Shown one piece after another: positions 63,726-64,000 of a stretch of 64,000 bases of DNA. The notes under the pieces were generated by a model. The model saw only the letters and a list, made by a program, of their open reading frames with translations, did no database searches and had not been told where the DNA came from. Within the stretch, counting starts at the first letter, position 1, and each line of letters opens with the position of its first letter. This DNA comes from Mobula hypostoma (taxonomy: Eukaryota), in the NCBI RefSeq assembly GCF_963921235.1, contig NC_086101.1:12154001-12218000 (forward strand). The letters are read 5' to 3'. A program made the position numbers and the translations under genes.

Positions 63726-63855
63726 GATATAAAAGAACAATCAGTTTGATAACCATTCCGGCCAAGTCAATGGACTATTGATACAGAGAACAATCAGTTT
63801 GATAACTATTCCGGTCAAGTCAATGGACTATTGATACAAAAGTACAACCAATTTG
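63726..63855. repeat. 53 bp tandem repeat, about 2.4 copies
   Basis: agaacaatcagtttgataaccattccggccaagtcaatggactattgatac at 63734, repeated at 63787. Confidence 0.85.
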
Positions 63856-64000
63856 TTAGACACTCCAGCCACATTAATTAATGTGGCTGGTTTGCTGGAG
63901 CCACAACTTAATTACAAAGATAAGAACATCCGTCAAATTTATGCTTTAATTAAGAAAGGAATGTTCTGTCTCATTTCCATCAGGTGCTGCTTTTTGTCAA

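Noticed and set aside
63726..63855. Direct repeats as a CRISPR array
   Set aside because: Contiguous tandem units with no unique spacers, vertebrate context, no cas genes.

Overview
Vertebrate genomic DNA, most likely a cartilaginous fish (ray or shark; inferred from the mix of CR1/HER1-like LINEs, V-SINEs, Rex1, Tc1 and Penelope elements). Three spliced host genes can be reconstructed with consistent exon phases: CCHCR1 (minus strand, 5' part: exons 19635-19692, 12901-13090, 7395-7791, 2923-3098), a complete TCF19 (plus strand: 20110-20389, 21363-22137, 48035-48290; 436 aa; FHA, AT-hook and PHD), and the last two coding exons of a class V POU gene (minus strand: 62050-62214, 59372-59626). 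Order and orientation match the human MHC block CCHCR1<- TCF19-> <-POU5F1. CCHCR1 and TCF19 share a CpG-island bidirectional promoter. Most of the rest is transposable element sequence, heavily nested in the 25.9 kb TCF19 intron 2. The most striking non-genic signal is a Penelope-like retroelement family. Its 3' tail carries a minimal hammerhead ribozyme (AGTC-CTGACGA-stem II-GAAA-CGTC-GACT), and it repeatedly inserts as back-to-back inverted pairs bounded by 14-15 bp target-site duplications. I found no CRISPR array, tRNA or rRNA gene, and no clearly unprecedented protein system. All calls are by eye, and TE boundaries are approximate.
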